This document shows, in pieces, positions 14,930 through 23,215 of a stretch of 32,000 bases of DNA; position 1 is the stretch's first letter, and every line of letters starts with the position of its first letter. A program made the translations under genes and the position numbers. The DNA comes from Pelagirhabdus alkalitolerans (GTDB taxonomy: Bacteria > Bacillota > Bacilli > Bacillales > Amphibacillaceae): assembly GCF_900096905.1 (NCBI RefSeq), contig NZ_FMYI01000012.1:15180-47179 (forward strand), in the 5' to 3' direction. The notes under the pieces were generated by a model. The model was not told where the DNA came from and searched no databases. It was given only the letters and a program-made list of their open reading frames with translations.

Positions 14930-15002
14930 TGATCTTGTCCACTCACTCTCTCTGCATAATTTAATTAAGTCTACTTTAACATATTGAAAACGTTAATTCT
15001 AT

Positions 15003-15031
15003 AAACTTTGTTTGTAAATTAAACAAAGTTT
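15003..15031. promoter_or_regulatory. Perfect 11-bp inverted repeat resembling a XylR-type operator
   Basis: AAACTTTGTTT (15003-15013), 7-nt spacer, AAACAAAGTTT (15021-15031). It lies in the divergent intergenic region and overlaps a TTGATT -35-like hexamer at 15030-15035. Confidence 0.5.
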
Positions 15032-15108
15032 GATTCCAATTTATTTACCAACTTAATATTTAATGATAAGCTATGAATATGTGAGTTAAATGCTAGATGA
15101 GGTGAAAC

Positions 15109-15717
15109 ATGGTTAAGTTAAGGGATACACTAAAAGGAATGACAAACAGAGAACGTATCGATTATTTATGGGAATATTACAAAATACATTTTTTCTTTAT
15201 CATTATTTTTTTTATTATGTCTGCTTTAGTTATTAACTGGTTGTTTTTTACAGAGAGTACACAAGTAGGGTTATATGTTGTTAGTGACTCGTCTATGGAA
15301 GAGGTAAATGACATAACAGAAGCACTTGAAAGTCATGAAACGAATGATTACGGTATTGTAATGGATCATTCATATCATGAAGGAGAGTTTGATGATACCG
15401 CAAATCCGCAATTTTATGAACGATTTACAATTCGTTTGGCTGTCGGGCAAATTGATATGATTGTAGCGAATGAATCATTTGCTGAACATCTTTTTGATCG
15501 TGATGCATTTATACCATTGAATGAAGTATTACACCTTGAATCGATTAACGTGGAGAGTCGAGACACATATGATGTTAATGATGAGGTGTACGGGTTAAGA
15601 GTGAATGAATTCGATATTTTTGATGCGTCAGAAGGATTATCAAATCATTATTTATTCGTTCCCGGTTCAGGGCATAACAAAGAAGAAACGGCAGAATTTA
15701 TTAAGTCCATTAACTAA
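15109..15717 (+). CDS. Hypothetical single-pass membrane protein with an acidic extracytoplasmic domain
   Basis: GAGGTGA RBS, one TM segment (FFFIIIFFIMSALVINWLFF) and 202 aa. I recognise no family. Confidence 0.6.
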   Translation: MVKLRDTLKGMTNRERIDYLWEYYKIHFFFIIIFFIMSALVINWLFFTESTQVGLYVVSDSSMEEVNDITEALESHETNDYGIVMDHSYHEGEFDDTANPQFYERFTIRLAVGQIDMIVANESFAEHLFDRDAFIPLNEVLHLESINVESRDTYDVNDEVYGLRVNEFDIFDASEGLSNHYLFVPGSGHNKEETAEFIKSIN

Positions 15718-15745
15718 GATTATTAAAAGTTTATATGATCAAAAA

Positions 15746-15778
15746 GAAACCGTGTAATCATAATGATTGCACGGTTTC
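15746..15778. terminator. Bidirectional terminator between the hypothetical gene and upp
   Basis: gaaaccgtg ... cacggtttc stem with an inner aatca/tgatt helix, flanked by aaaaa and tt. Confidence 0.7.
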
Positions 15779-15787
15779 TTATAATTA

Positions 15788-16420
15788 TTATTTTGTGCCA
15801 TAAAGGCGATCGCCTGCATCACCAAAACCAGGTGTAATATAACTTTTCTCATTTAAACCAGGATCAAGTGCCCCTGTGTAGATTGGAACTTCTGGGTGAT
15901 CCTCATGAATTTTATCAATGCCTTCTTGAACAGCAATTAAACATAAAAACTTAATATTTTTTGCACCGCGCTTTTTAATCGCACTAATGGCTGCAGAAGC
16001 GGATCCGCCAGTTGCTAACATTGGATCGACAACGATTAACTCTCTTTCACCGATATCCTCAGGTAACTTTGCATAATATTCAACAGGTTCAAGCGTTTCA
16101 GGATCACGATAAAGACCAATGTGCCCTACCTTTGCAACGGGAATCAAGCTTAAAATACCATCAACCATACCAAGACCGGCACGCATGATCGGTACAATCC
16201 CTAATTTTTTCCCACTGAGACGTTTAACGCTTGTATTCGTAACAGGTGTTTCAATTTCAACGTCAGATAAAGGTAAGTGTAGAGTGATTTCATAAGCCAT
16301 CAGTTTAGAGATTTCTTCAACGAGTTCTCTAAATTCTTTAGGACCTGTGTTTTTATCACGGACAATTCCGAGTTTGTGTTGAATTAATGGATGATTAAAA
16401 ACATGCACTTTTTTTGTCAT
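15788..16420 (-). CDS. upp: Uracil phosphoribosyltransferase
   Basis: [21 protein letters not shown], the PRPP-binding loop [12 protein letters not shown], and [29 protein letters not shown]. Confidence 0.96.
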   Translation of the reverse strand: MTKKVHVFNHPLIQHKLGIVRDKNTGPKEFRELVEEISKLMAYEITLHLPLSDVEIETPVTNTSVKRLSGKKLGIVPIMRAGLGMVDGILSLIPVAKVGHIGLYRDPETLEPVEYYAKLPEDIGERELIVVDPMLATGGSASAAISAIKKRGAKNIKFLCLIAVQEGIDKIHEDHPEVPIYTGALDPGLNEKSYITPGFGDAGDRLYGTK

Positions 16421-16600
16421 TAGTGATCTCTCCTTCTTTTTACTAATTGTATATAGTACAGGAGGATTCGAAAAATAACAAGAGAAAATCGCTTCTGTTA
16501 TTCTTATATTTGTATAGGAACTGTATTAACATAAATGACAACAAACGAATACCCAACCATCACATTTTATGATTCTTGTTTTAAGAAAACCCCAGTGTTA

Positions 16601-16609
16601 TGATATAAT
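16601..16609 (+). promoter_or_regulatory. Extended -10 element (TGaTATAAT) upstream of secA
   Basis: TG at 16601-16602 and TATAAT at 16604-16609, about 65 nt before the secA ATG. There is no good -35 at 17-nt spacing. Confidence 0.3.
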
Positions 16610-16672
16610 TTGGAATAGTGAGAAACAGAATAATAAAGGCATCACTTTAAATGAAATAGAGGAGCGTAAATT

Positions 16673-19180
16673 ATGCGTCGAATGTTAAAGAAGTTATTTG
16701 ACGGAAATCAACGTCAACTAAAAGAAGTACAACAAATTGTTGATCAAATTGAAGCATTAGAACCGGATTATGAGCAATTGTCTGATACTGATTTAAAAGA
16801 CAAAACGGAAGAATTTAAAGAACGTTTTAAAAACGGTGAAACCCTAGATGATTTAATGGTAGAAGCTTACGCGGTCATCCGTGAAGCGTCCAAGCGTGTT
16901 CTTAATATGCGTCCATTTCAAGTTCAGCTGATGGGAGCGATTGTTCTCCATCGTGGTGACATTGCAGAAATGAAAACGGGTGAAGGTAAAACACTTGCAT
17001 CGACTATGCCTGCTTATTTAAATGCGATAGCTGGTAAAGGTGTTCATATTATTACAGTTAACGAATACTTAGCAGATCGTGACGCGAAGGATATGGGCGT
17101 ATTATATGAGTTTTTAGGACTGACTGTTGGATTGAATGTTAACAGTTTAACAAAGGAACAAAAAAGAGAAGCTTATTATGCTGATATTACGTACGGAACG
17201 AATAATGAATTTGGTTTTGACTACTTGCGTGACAACATGGTTCTATATAAAGAACAGATGGTACAGCGTCCACTGAACTTTGCGATTATTGATGAGGTAG
17301 ACTCGATTTTAATTGATGAAGCGAGGACACCTCTAATCATTTCAGGTTCAGCGCGCAAATCAGCGACGTTATATCAACAAGCAAATGCTTTTGTTCGTAC
17401 GTTAGTGAGAGAAGTTGATTATTCATTTGATGAAAAAACAAAAGGGGTTCAATTAACAGAAGAAGGGATTACTAAAGCTGAAAACTTTTTTAATATTAAA
17501 AACTTATTTGATTTAAATCATGTCACACTAACGCATCATATTAATCAAGCACTCAAAGCACACGCTTCTATGCACCGTGATACAGATTATGTGATTGAAG
17601 AAGGCGAAGTTGTCATTGTTGATCAGTTTACCGGTCGTCTAATGAAAGGTAGACGTTATAGTGATGGACTCCATCAAGCGATTGAGGCCAAAGAAGGTTT
17701 GCATATTCAAAACGAAAGCATGACACTTGCTTCTATTACGTTCCAAAACTTGTTCAGAATGTATGATAAGTTAGCAGGTATGACAGGAACAGCGAAAACA
17801 GAGCAAGAGGAATTTAGAAATATATACAATATGGATGTTGTTGCTGTTCCAACGAATAAACCAATTATTCGTGAAGATAAGTCTGATCTTATTTTTAAAA
17901 CAATGGACGGTAAGTTTAAAGCAGTTGTAGCAGATATTAAATCTCGTTATGAGAAAGGTCAGCCGGTATTAGTCGGTACGGTAGCTGTTGAAACATCTGA
18001 AGTGATTTCAAATTACCTTAAAAAAGCAGGCGTTAAACATAACGTGTTAAATGCTAAAAATCACTACCGTGAAGCGGAGATCATCGAAAACGCAGGTGAA
18101 CGTGGATCGGTCACCATTGCGACAAACATGGCAGGCCGTGGTACAGATATTAAACTTGGTGATGGCGTTAAGGAATTAGGTGGTTTGGCCGTGATCGGTA
18201 CCGAACGACATGAATCGCGTCGAATTGACAACCAATTAAGAGGACGTTCCGGTCGTCAAGGTGATCCTGGTCTTACACAATTCTATTTATCAATGGAAGA
18301 TGAGTTAATGAGACGTTTCGGTTCTGACAATATGAAGGCCATGATGGAACGTTTCAAAATGGATGATACACAACCTATTGAAAGTAAAATGATTTCAAAA
18401 GCGGTAGAATCAGCCCAACGCCGTGTTGAAGGTAACAACTTTGATGCACGTAAGAATATTCTAGCTTATGATGATGTCTTAAGAGAACAGCGTGAAATTA
18501 TTTATAAACAACGATTTGATGTGATTGATTCTGATAACTTACGAGATATTGTCATGAATATGATTGAGACAGTTGTTCAAGATGTGGTCTATACGCATAC
18601 ACAAGATGATGACGATGCTAATTGGGATCTAGATGCGATCATTGAATATGTTCATTCGAATCTCGTTGAGTCGAACTACATCACCAAAACAGACATTGAA
18701 AATCAATCACCAGATAAGATGATTGAAGCGATCATGGCTAAAGTTGTTGAAAAATATGATGCCAAAGAAGAAGATATGGGCTCTGAACAAATGCGCGAAT
18801 TTGAAAAAGTCATCCTATTAAAGATCGTTGATACGAAATGGATGGACCATATCGATCAAATGGATCAATTACGCCAAGGGATTCATTTACGTGCATATGC
18901 GCAAAATGATCCGTTACGTGAATATCAAATGGAAGGTTTTGCGATGTTTGAAGCGATGGTTCAAGCCATTAATGAAGATGCATCACGCTATGTCATGAAA
19001 GCGCAAGTTCGAGATAACTTGAAACGTCAAGAAGTAGCAAAAAATGCGACGGCTGTTTCAGGTGATGAAGGTAAAAAACAGAAGAAGAAAACACCATTTA
19101 AAAAGGCAGACAATATCGGAAGAAATGATCCATGTCCGTGTGGAAGTGGTAAGAAATATAAACATTGCCATGGAAAATAA
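16673..19180 (+). CDS. secA: Preprotein translocase ATPase SecA
   Basis: MKTGEGKTL Walker [33 protein letters not shown], and the C-terminal zinc motif [14 protein letters not shown]. Length is 835 aa. Confidence 0.98.
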   Translation: MRRMLKKLFDGNQRQLKEVQQIVDQIEALEPDYEQLSDTDLKDKTEEFKERFKNGETLDDLMVEAYAVIREASKRVLNMRPFQVQLMGAIVLHRGDIAEMKTGEGKTLASTMPAYLNAIAGKGVHIITVNEYLADRDAKDMGVLYEFLGLTVGLNVNSLTKEQKREAYYADITYGTNNEFGFDYLRDNMVLYKEQMVQRPLNFAIIDEVDSILIDEARTPLIISGSARKSATLYQQANAFVRTLVREVDYSFDEKTKGVQLTEEGITKAENFFNIKNLFDLNHVTLTHHINQALKAHASMHRDTDYVIEEGEVVIVDQFTGRLMKGRRYSDGLHQAIEAKEGLHIQNESMTLASITFQNLFRMYDKLAGMTGTAKTEQEEFRNIYNMDVVAVPTNKPIIREDKSDLIFKTMDGKFKAVVADIKSRYEKGQPVLVGTVAVETSEVISNYLKKAGVKHNVLNAKNHYREAEIIENAGERGSVTIATNMAGRGTDIKLGDGVKELGGLAVIGTERHESRRIDNQLRGRSGRQGDPGLTQFYLSMEDELMRRFGSDNMKAMMERFKMDDTQPIESKMISKAVESAQRRVEGNNFDARKNILAYDDVLREQREIIYKQRFDVIDSDNLRDIVMNMIETVVQDVVYTHTQDDDDANWDLDAIIEYVHSNLVESNYITKTDIENQSPDKMIEAIMAKVVEKYDAKEEDMGSEQMREFEKVILLKIVDTKWMDHIDQMDQLRQGIHLRAYAQNDPLREYQMEGFAMFEAMVQAINEDASRYVMKAQVRDNLKRQEVAKNATAVSGDEGKKQKKKTPFKKADNIGRNDPCPCGSGKKYKHCHGK

Positions 19181-19194
19181 CACATTCAAACACT

Positions 19195-19225
19195 GGGCAT
19201 CCTAAAAAAGGATGTCCTTTCAATT
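19195..19225 (+). terminator. Weak hairpin with a T-tract between secA and prfB (possible partial terminator)
   Basis: gggcatcc, loop taaaaaa, ggatgtcc, followed by tttcaattt. Confidence 0.4.
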
Positions 19226-19243
19226 TATTAGTGAGGTGACGAT

Positions 19244-20345
19244 ATGGAATTAAATGAAATGAAGCATGAAATTGATAAGATGACTAACCGCCTAGCGGAA
19301 TTTAGGGGGTCTCTTTGACTTAGAAGAGAAGCGAACACGGATTGCTGAACTCGAAAATGAAATGACCGATCCTAGTTTTTGGGATGATCAAACCTATGCG
19401 CAAAAAGTGATAGGTGAAGTTAACGGATTGAAAGATTTGGTTCATACGTATGATAAACATTCAGAGACACTTGAGAATTTAGAAGTTAGTTATGAACTCG
19501 TAAAAGAGGAAGATGATGCTGAACTTTATCAAGATCTAGAGGAAGAAATTAAACAATTAGCAAAAGATTTGAATGAATTTGAGTTATTTATGCTGTTAAA
19601 TGAACCGTATGATAAAAATAATGCAATCCTAGAGTTACATCCAGGTGCGGGTGGTACAGAATCACAGGATTGGGCCAGTATGTTACTGAGAATGTATAAT
19701 CGATGGGCTGAGTCAAAAGGATTTAGTGTCGAAACGCTGGATTACTTACCTGGCGATGAAGCAGGCGTGAAAAGTGTGACGTTATTAATTAAAGGCCATA
19801 ATGCATACGGGTATTTAAAAGCTGAAAAAGGTGTTCACCGCCTTGTACGTATTTCGCCATTTGATTCATCAGGACGTAGACATACATCTTTTGCATCATG
19901 TGATGTGATGCCGGAGCTCGATGATGATATTGATATCGATATAAACACTGAGGACTTAAAAATTGATACGTATCGTGCAAGTGGTGCAGGGGGACAACAC
20001 GTCAATACAACAGATTCTGCTGTTCGTATTACACACACACCAACCAATACAATTGTGACGTGTCAGTCAGAACGTTCTCAAATAAAAAATAGAGAACAAG
20101 CAATGAAGCTATTAAAAGGTAAACTTTATCAACTTGAGGTTGAAAAGCAACAAGCCGAGCTAAATGAGATTAAAGGTGATCAGAAGGAGATTGGATGGGG
20201 GTCGCAGATTCGTTCTTATGTGTTCCATCCCTACTCAATGATCAAAGACCACAGAACGAACGTTGAAGTCGGTAATACACAAGCCGTTATGGACGGGGAA
20301 CTTGATCCATTTATTGATGCTTATCTAAGACAACAAATGGATTAA
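19244..20345 (+). CDS. prfB: Peptide chain release factor 2, expressed through a programmed +1 frameshift at 19313-19319
   Basis: The zero-frame [27 protein letters not shown] ends at TGA 19316-19318 within AGG GGG TCT CTT TGA C. The +1 frame continues [24 protein letters not shown] and on to the SPF and GGQ motifs. The ORF track shows only the part from 19362. Confidence 0.94.
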
Positions 20346-20355
20346 TATAGAAGCT

Positions 20356-20393
20356 AAAAAACGTCGATTATTAAATAATGATCGACGTTTTTT
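20356..20393 (+). terminator. Intrinsic terminator after prfB
   Basis: aaaaaacgtcgat ... atcgacgtttttt. Confidence 0.8.
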
Positions 20394-20430
20394 AATGATT
20401 TCCTACATCGTGATAGAGCGATAAAACCAG

Positions 20431-20459
20431 TTGTCGCAAGAGTTGAGACGTGATATACT
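20431..20459 (+). promoter_or_regulatory. SigmaA-type promoter candidate for yvjA
   Basis: TTGTCG (20431-20436), 17-nt spacer, TATACT (20454-20459), preceded by TGa (extended -10). Confidence 0.4.
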
Positions 20460-20495
20460 CCTTAAGGTTGAGTAAAAGAAATAGAGGTGTTAAGT

Positions 20496-21362
20496 ATGAT
20501 TGCAAAATATAGACGTCAAGGTATCTCGTCTGAGTGGTTATTACTAATTGAATATAGTTTAGTTATAATTGGATCGTTTTTTATAGCGATTGGATTTAAT
20601 TTATTTTTACTACCTAACGATATTGCTTCAGGTGGTGTTGCAGGTATTAGTACGATTCTACGTGCTTTATTTGATTGGCAACCTTCTCTTGTGCAATGGG
20701 GAATCAATATACCACTGTTTGGTTTAGGGACATGGATTCTTGGTAAGAATTTTGGCATGAAGACGTTTGTAGGGACGATCGCAGTTCCCCTTTTCGTATC
20801 ATTAACCAGCACTTGGAACCCTGCAACACCAGATCCATTATTAGGAGCGATCTTCGGTGGTATGGCTTGTGGGCTCGGAATCGGTATTGTATTTAGAGGT
20901 AAAGGTTCAACAGGCGGTGTTGATTTAGCTGCACAAATATTTCATAAATATGTACCACTTCCATTCGGTATTTGTATTGCGTTGTTCGATGGGTTAATCG
21001 TTTTGACAGCGACGTTTGTCTTTTCAGTCGAACAAGGTTTGTATGCACTTATTGCTCTATTCATTACGAGTCGAACGATTGACCTCGTTCAAGTTGGTTT
21101 GAATTCATCTAAAAATATTATGGTCATTACAGATGAAGTAGACTCTGTTAGAAAAGCTTTGTTACATACGGTTGATCGTGGTGTAACAGTTTGGCATGCT
21201 GAAGGTGGATATACAAAAGAAAATAGAAAAATGGTCATGTGTGTTGTTAATCAACATGAATTTAGTCGAACGACCCAGATCATAAAAGGAATTGATCCAA
21301 GTGCATTCATCGTTGTCATGAATGCAAGTGAAGTCATAGGAGAAGGATTTAGCAGAAGCTAA
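20496..21362 (+). CDS. yvjA: YitT-family (UPF0750, DUF2179) integral membrane protein
   Basis: Multi-TM N-terminal part with NDIASGGVAGIS, and a C-terminal DUF2179-like domain (VTVWHAEGGYTKENRKMVMCVV). Its position after prfB matches B. subtilis. I prefer ATG 20496 to GTG 20487, which lies inside the AGAGGTG RBS. Confidence 0.82.
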   Translation: MIAKYRRQGISSEWLLLIEYSLVIIGSFFIAIGFNLFLLPNDIASGGVAGISTILRALFDWQPSLVQWGINIPLFGLGTWILGKNFGMKTFVGTIAVPLFVSLTSTWNPATPDPLLGAIFGGMACGLGIGIVFRGKGSTGGVDLAAQIFHKYVPLPFGICIALFDGLIVLTATFVFSVEQGLYALIALFITSRTIDLVQVGLNSSKNIMVITDEVDSVRKALLHTVDRGVTVWHAEGGYTKENRKMVMCVVNQHEFSRTTQIIKGIDPSAFIVVMNASEVIGEGFSRS

Positions 21363-21377
21363 ATCTTTCTTTTTTTA
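21346..21377 (+). terminator. Terminator overlapping the yvjA stop codon
   Basis: gatttagc, loop agaa, gctaaatc, followed by tttcttttttta. Confidence 0.6.
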
Positions 21378-21497
21378 TCCCTTCGATTTTCCTATCTTGA
21401 TAGAGTCATAAGTACTATAAATAGTGTTGAAACTTGAGGTTAAGCAGTTTTGAAATGAAATTGTAATAAAAATAATAACAAAAAAAGTCGATTTAGA

Positions 21498-21506
21498 TGT
21501 TATAAT
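21498..21506 (+). promoter_or_regulatory. Extended -10 element (TGtTATAAT) upstream of ftsE
   Basis: TG at 21498-21499 and TATAAT at 21501-21506, with no clear -35. Confidence 0.3.
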
Positions 21507-21579
21507 GTAATAGATTGAGCAGACGAAGCGTTTGTTTCAAAAGATAATTACTATAATTAAATCAAAGGTGATTGAGTTT

Positions 21580-22266
21580 ATGATAGAATTAAAAAATGTC
21601 AAAAAGACATATCCAAATGGTGTAACAGCTCTAAATGGTATTGATATACATATCGATTCCGGAGAATTTGTTTATTTAGTTGGTCAAAGTGGTGCTGGTA
21701 AGTCGACATTTATCAAATTAATATTCCGAGAAGAGATGGCTTCTTCTGGGGACATTTATATTAACAATCGTGATTTATCAACAATGAAATGGAAAGACGT
21801 TCCTCATTTAAGACGTGAAATAGGCGTTGTTTACCAAGATTTCAAATTACTTCCTAAAATGACAGTCTATGAAAATGTTGCATTTGCACTTGAGGTCGTA
21901 GAAGAATCCCCTCGTCAGATTAGAAAACGCGTGATGGAAGTGTTAGATCAAGTTGGACTTAAGAATAAAGCACGTTTTATTCCAGATGAATTATCAGGTG
22001 GTGAACAACAACGTGTTGCGATTGCTCGTGCGATTGCCAACTATCCGAAGTTGTTAATTGCTGATGAACCAACAGGTAATCTAGATCCCGATACATCTTG
22101 GGAAATTATGAAAATATTAGAAGAGATTAACGCAACAGGAACGACCATAATCATGGCAACACATAGTAAAGACATCGTGAATACGATCAAACGTCGAGTG
22201 ATTGCCGTTGAAGGTGGATTAGTTGTACGTGATCAGCATAGAGGTGATTATGGATATGAAGATTAG
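21580..22266 (+). CDS. ftsE: Cell-division ABC ATPase FtsE
   Basis: MIELKNVKKTYPNG follows an [34 protein letters not shown] and LIADEPTGNLD are present. Length is 228 aa, as in B. subtilis. The ORF-track TTG start at 21532 is an extension. Confidence 0.94.
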   Translation: MIELKNVKKTYPNGVTALNGIDIHIDSGEFVYLVGQSGAGKSTFIKLIFREEMASSGDIYINNRDLSTMKWKDVPHLRREIGVVYQDFKLLPKMTVYENVAFALEVVEESPRQIRKRVMEVLDQVGLKNKARFIPDELSGGEQQRVAIARAIANYPKLLIADEPTGNLDPDTSWEIMKILEEINATGTTIIMATHSKDIVNTIKRRVIAVEGGLVVRDQHRGDYGYED

Positions 22267-23149
22267 AACATTTAAGCGTCACTTCAGAGAAGGTTTAAAA
22301 AATACATGGCGAAACAATTGGATGACACTTGCTTCAGTTGCAGCTGTTACGACGACACTTTTACTCGTTGCGACATTTTTAGTTCTTATGTTTAATTTGA
22401 ATCATGTTGCCGATGCATTAGAAGAAGATGTTCAAATGAAAGTCCTAGTTGATTTAACGGCTGATGAAGATGAGACAGAAGCACTTGGTGATGAGTTAAA
22501 CGCGTTAAATAATATTGAAAGTGTAGAATTCTCATCACGTGATGAAGAGTTAGAGGGTCTTATTTCAAGTATGGGAGAGCAAGGAGATTCTTGGGGGCTT
22601 CAAGATGAAGATAATCCATTGAATGATGCTTATGTTGTGCGGGCAAATGAACCGCAAGATACTATTGAAATTGCAGAAGAAATTGAGCAAATGGATTCAG
22701 TAGAACGTGTCAATTATGGACAAGATGTCGTGCAAAACCTATTTACTTTTAACAACTACGCTAGAAATATCGGGCTCGTTTTAATCGTTGCCCTCTTGTT
22801 TACAGCAATATTTTTAATCTCAAATACGATTAAAATTACGATTATGGCAAGAAGACGTGAAATTGAAATTATGAAACTTGTCGGTGCGACGAATTGGTTT
22901 ATACGTTGGCCATTCTTTGTGGAAGGGTTACTACTGGGTGTTTTAGGTAGTATTGTTCCAATCAGTATACTGACGGTTGGGTATTATTATTTAGATCAGA
23001 ATGCTGCGGCAGTTAATCAATTTGAGTTTATTCAAATATTGCCATTCTACCCGTTCATTTTCCAATTAGCAGCGATTATATTAGCAATTGGTGCTGGTAT
23101 TGGTATATGGGGAAGCGTCATGAGTGTCCGTAAGTTCCTTAAGGTGTAA
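22256..23149 (+). CDS. ftsX: Cell-division ABC permease-like protein FtsX
   Basis: MKIRTFKRHFREGLKN and the KLVGATNWFIRWPFFVEGLLLGVLGS block align with Bacillus FtsX. The GAGGTGA RBS is 8 nt upstream. The gene overlaps the ftsE 3' end by 11 nt. Confidence 0.92.
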   Translation: MKIRTFKRHFREGLKNTWRNNWMTLASVAAVTTTLLLVATFLVLMFNLNHVADALEEDVQMKVLVDLTADEDETEALGDELNALNNIESVEFSSRDEELEGLISSMGEQGDSWGLQDEDNPLNDAYVVRANEPQDTIEIAEEIEQMDSVERVNYGQDVVQNLFTFNNYARNIGLVLIVALLFTAIFLISNTIKITIMARRREIEIMKLVGATNWFIRWPFFVEGLLLGVLGSIVPISILTVGYYYLDQNAAAVNQFEFIQILPFYPFIFQLAAIILAIGAGIGIWGSVMSVRKFLKV

Positions 23150-23170
23150 GTCTCTTATTTTAAGAGACTT
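23148..23170 (+). other. 9-bp hairpin right after ftsX, without a T-tract
   Basis: aagtctctt, loop atttt, aagagactt. The downstream sequence is not U-rich, so it is not a canonical terminator. Confidence 0.35.
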
Positions 23171-23215
23171 ACTCTCTTACATAATAAAAATATATTAAGC
23201 TAAAATGGAGGAGTA

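Noticed and set aside
16421-16672. PyrR-binding anti-antiterminator upstream of upp.
   Set aside because: No match to the conserved PyrR loop motif on the minus strand. Only the generic hairpin reported separately is present.
17041-17049. A single GTTCATATT nonamer inside secA.
   Set aside because: It is only one half-site, with no second copy 11 bp away, and it lies inside a coding region. It is probably chance in AT-rich DNA.
21532-21579. TTG-initiated 16-codon extension of ftsE, and a TTGTTT ... TATAAT pair at 21532-21557 as a promoter.
   Set aside because: FtsE proteins begin at MIELKNV, and AAAGGTGA precedes ATG 21580. The hexamer pair has only a 14-nt spacer, too short for a sigmaA promoter.
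22223-22255. Upstream extension of ftsX (MYVISIEVIMD).
   Set aside because: It lies inside the ftsE coding region. GAGGTGA is correctly spaced for ATG 22256, and Bacillus FtsX starts MK(A/I)(K/R)T.
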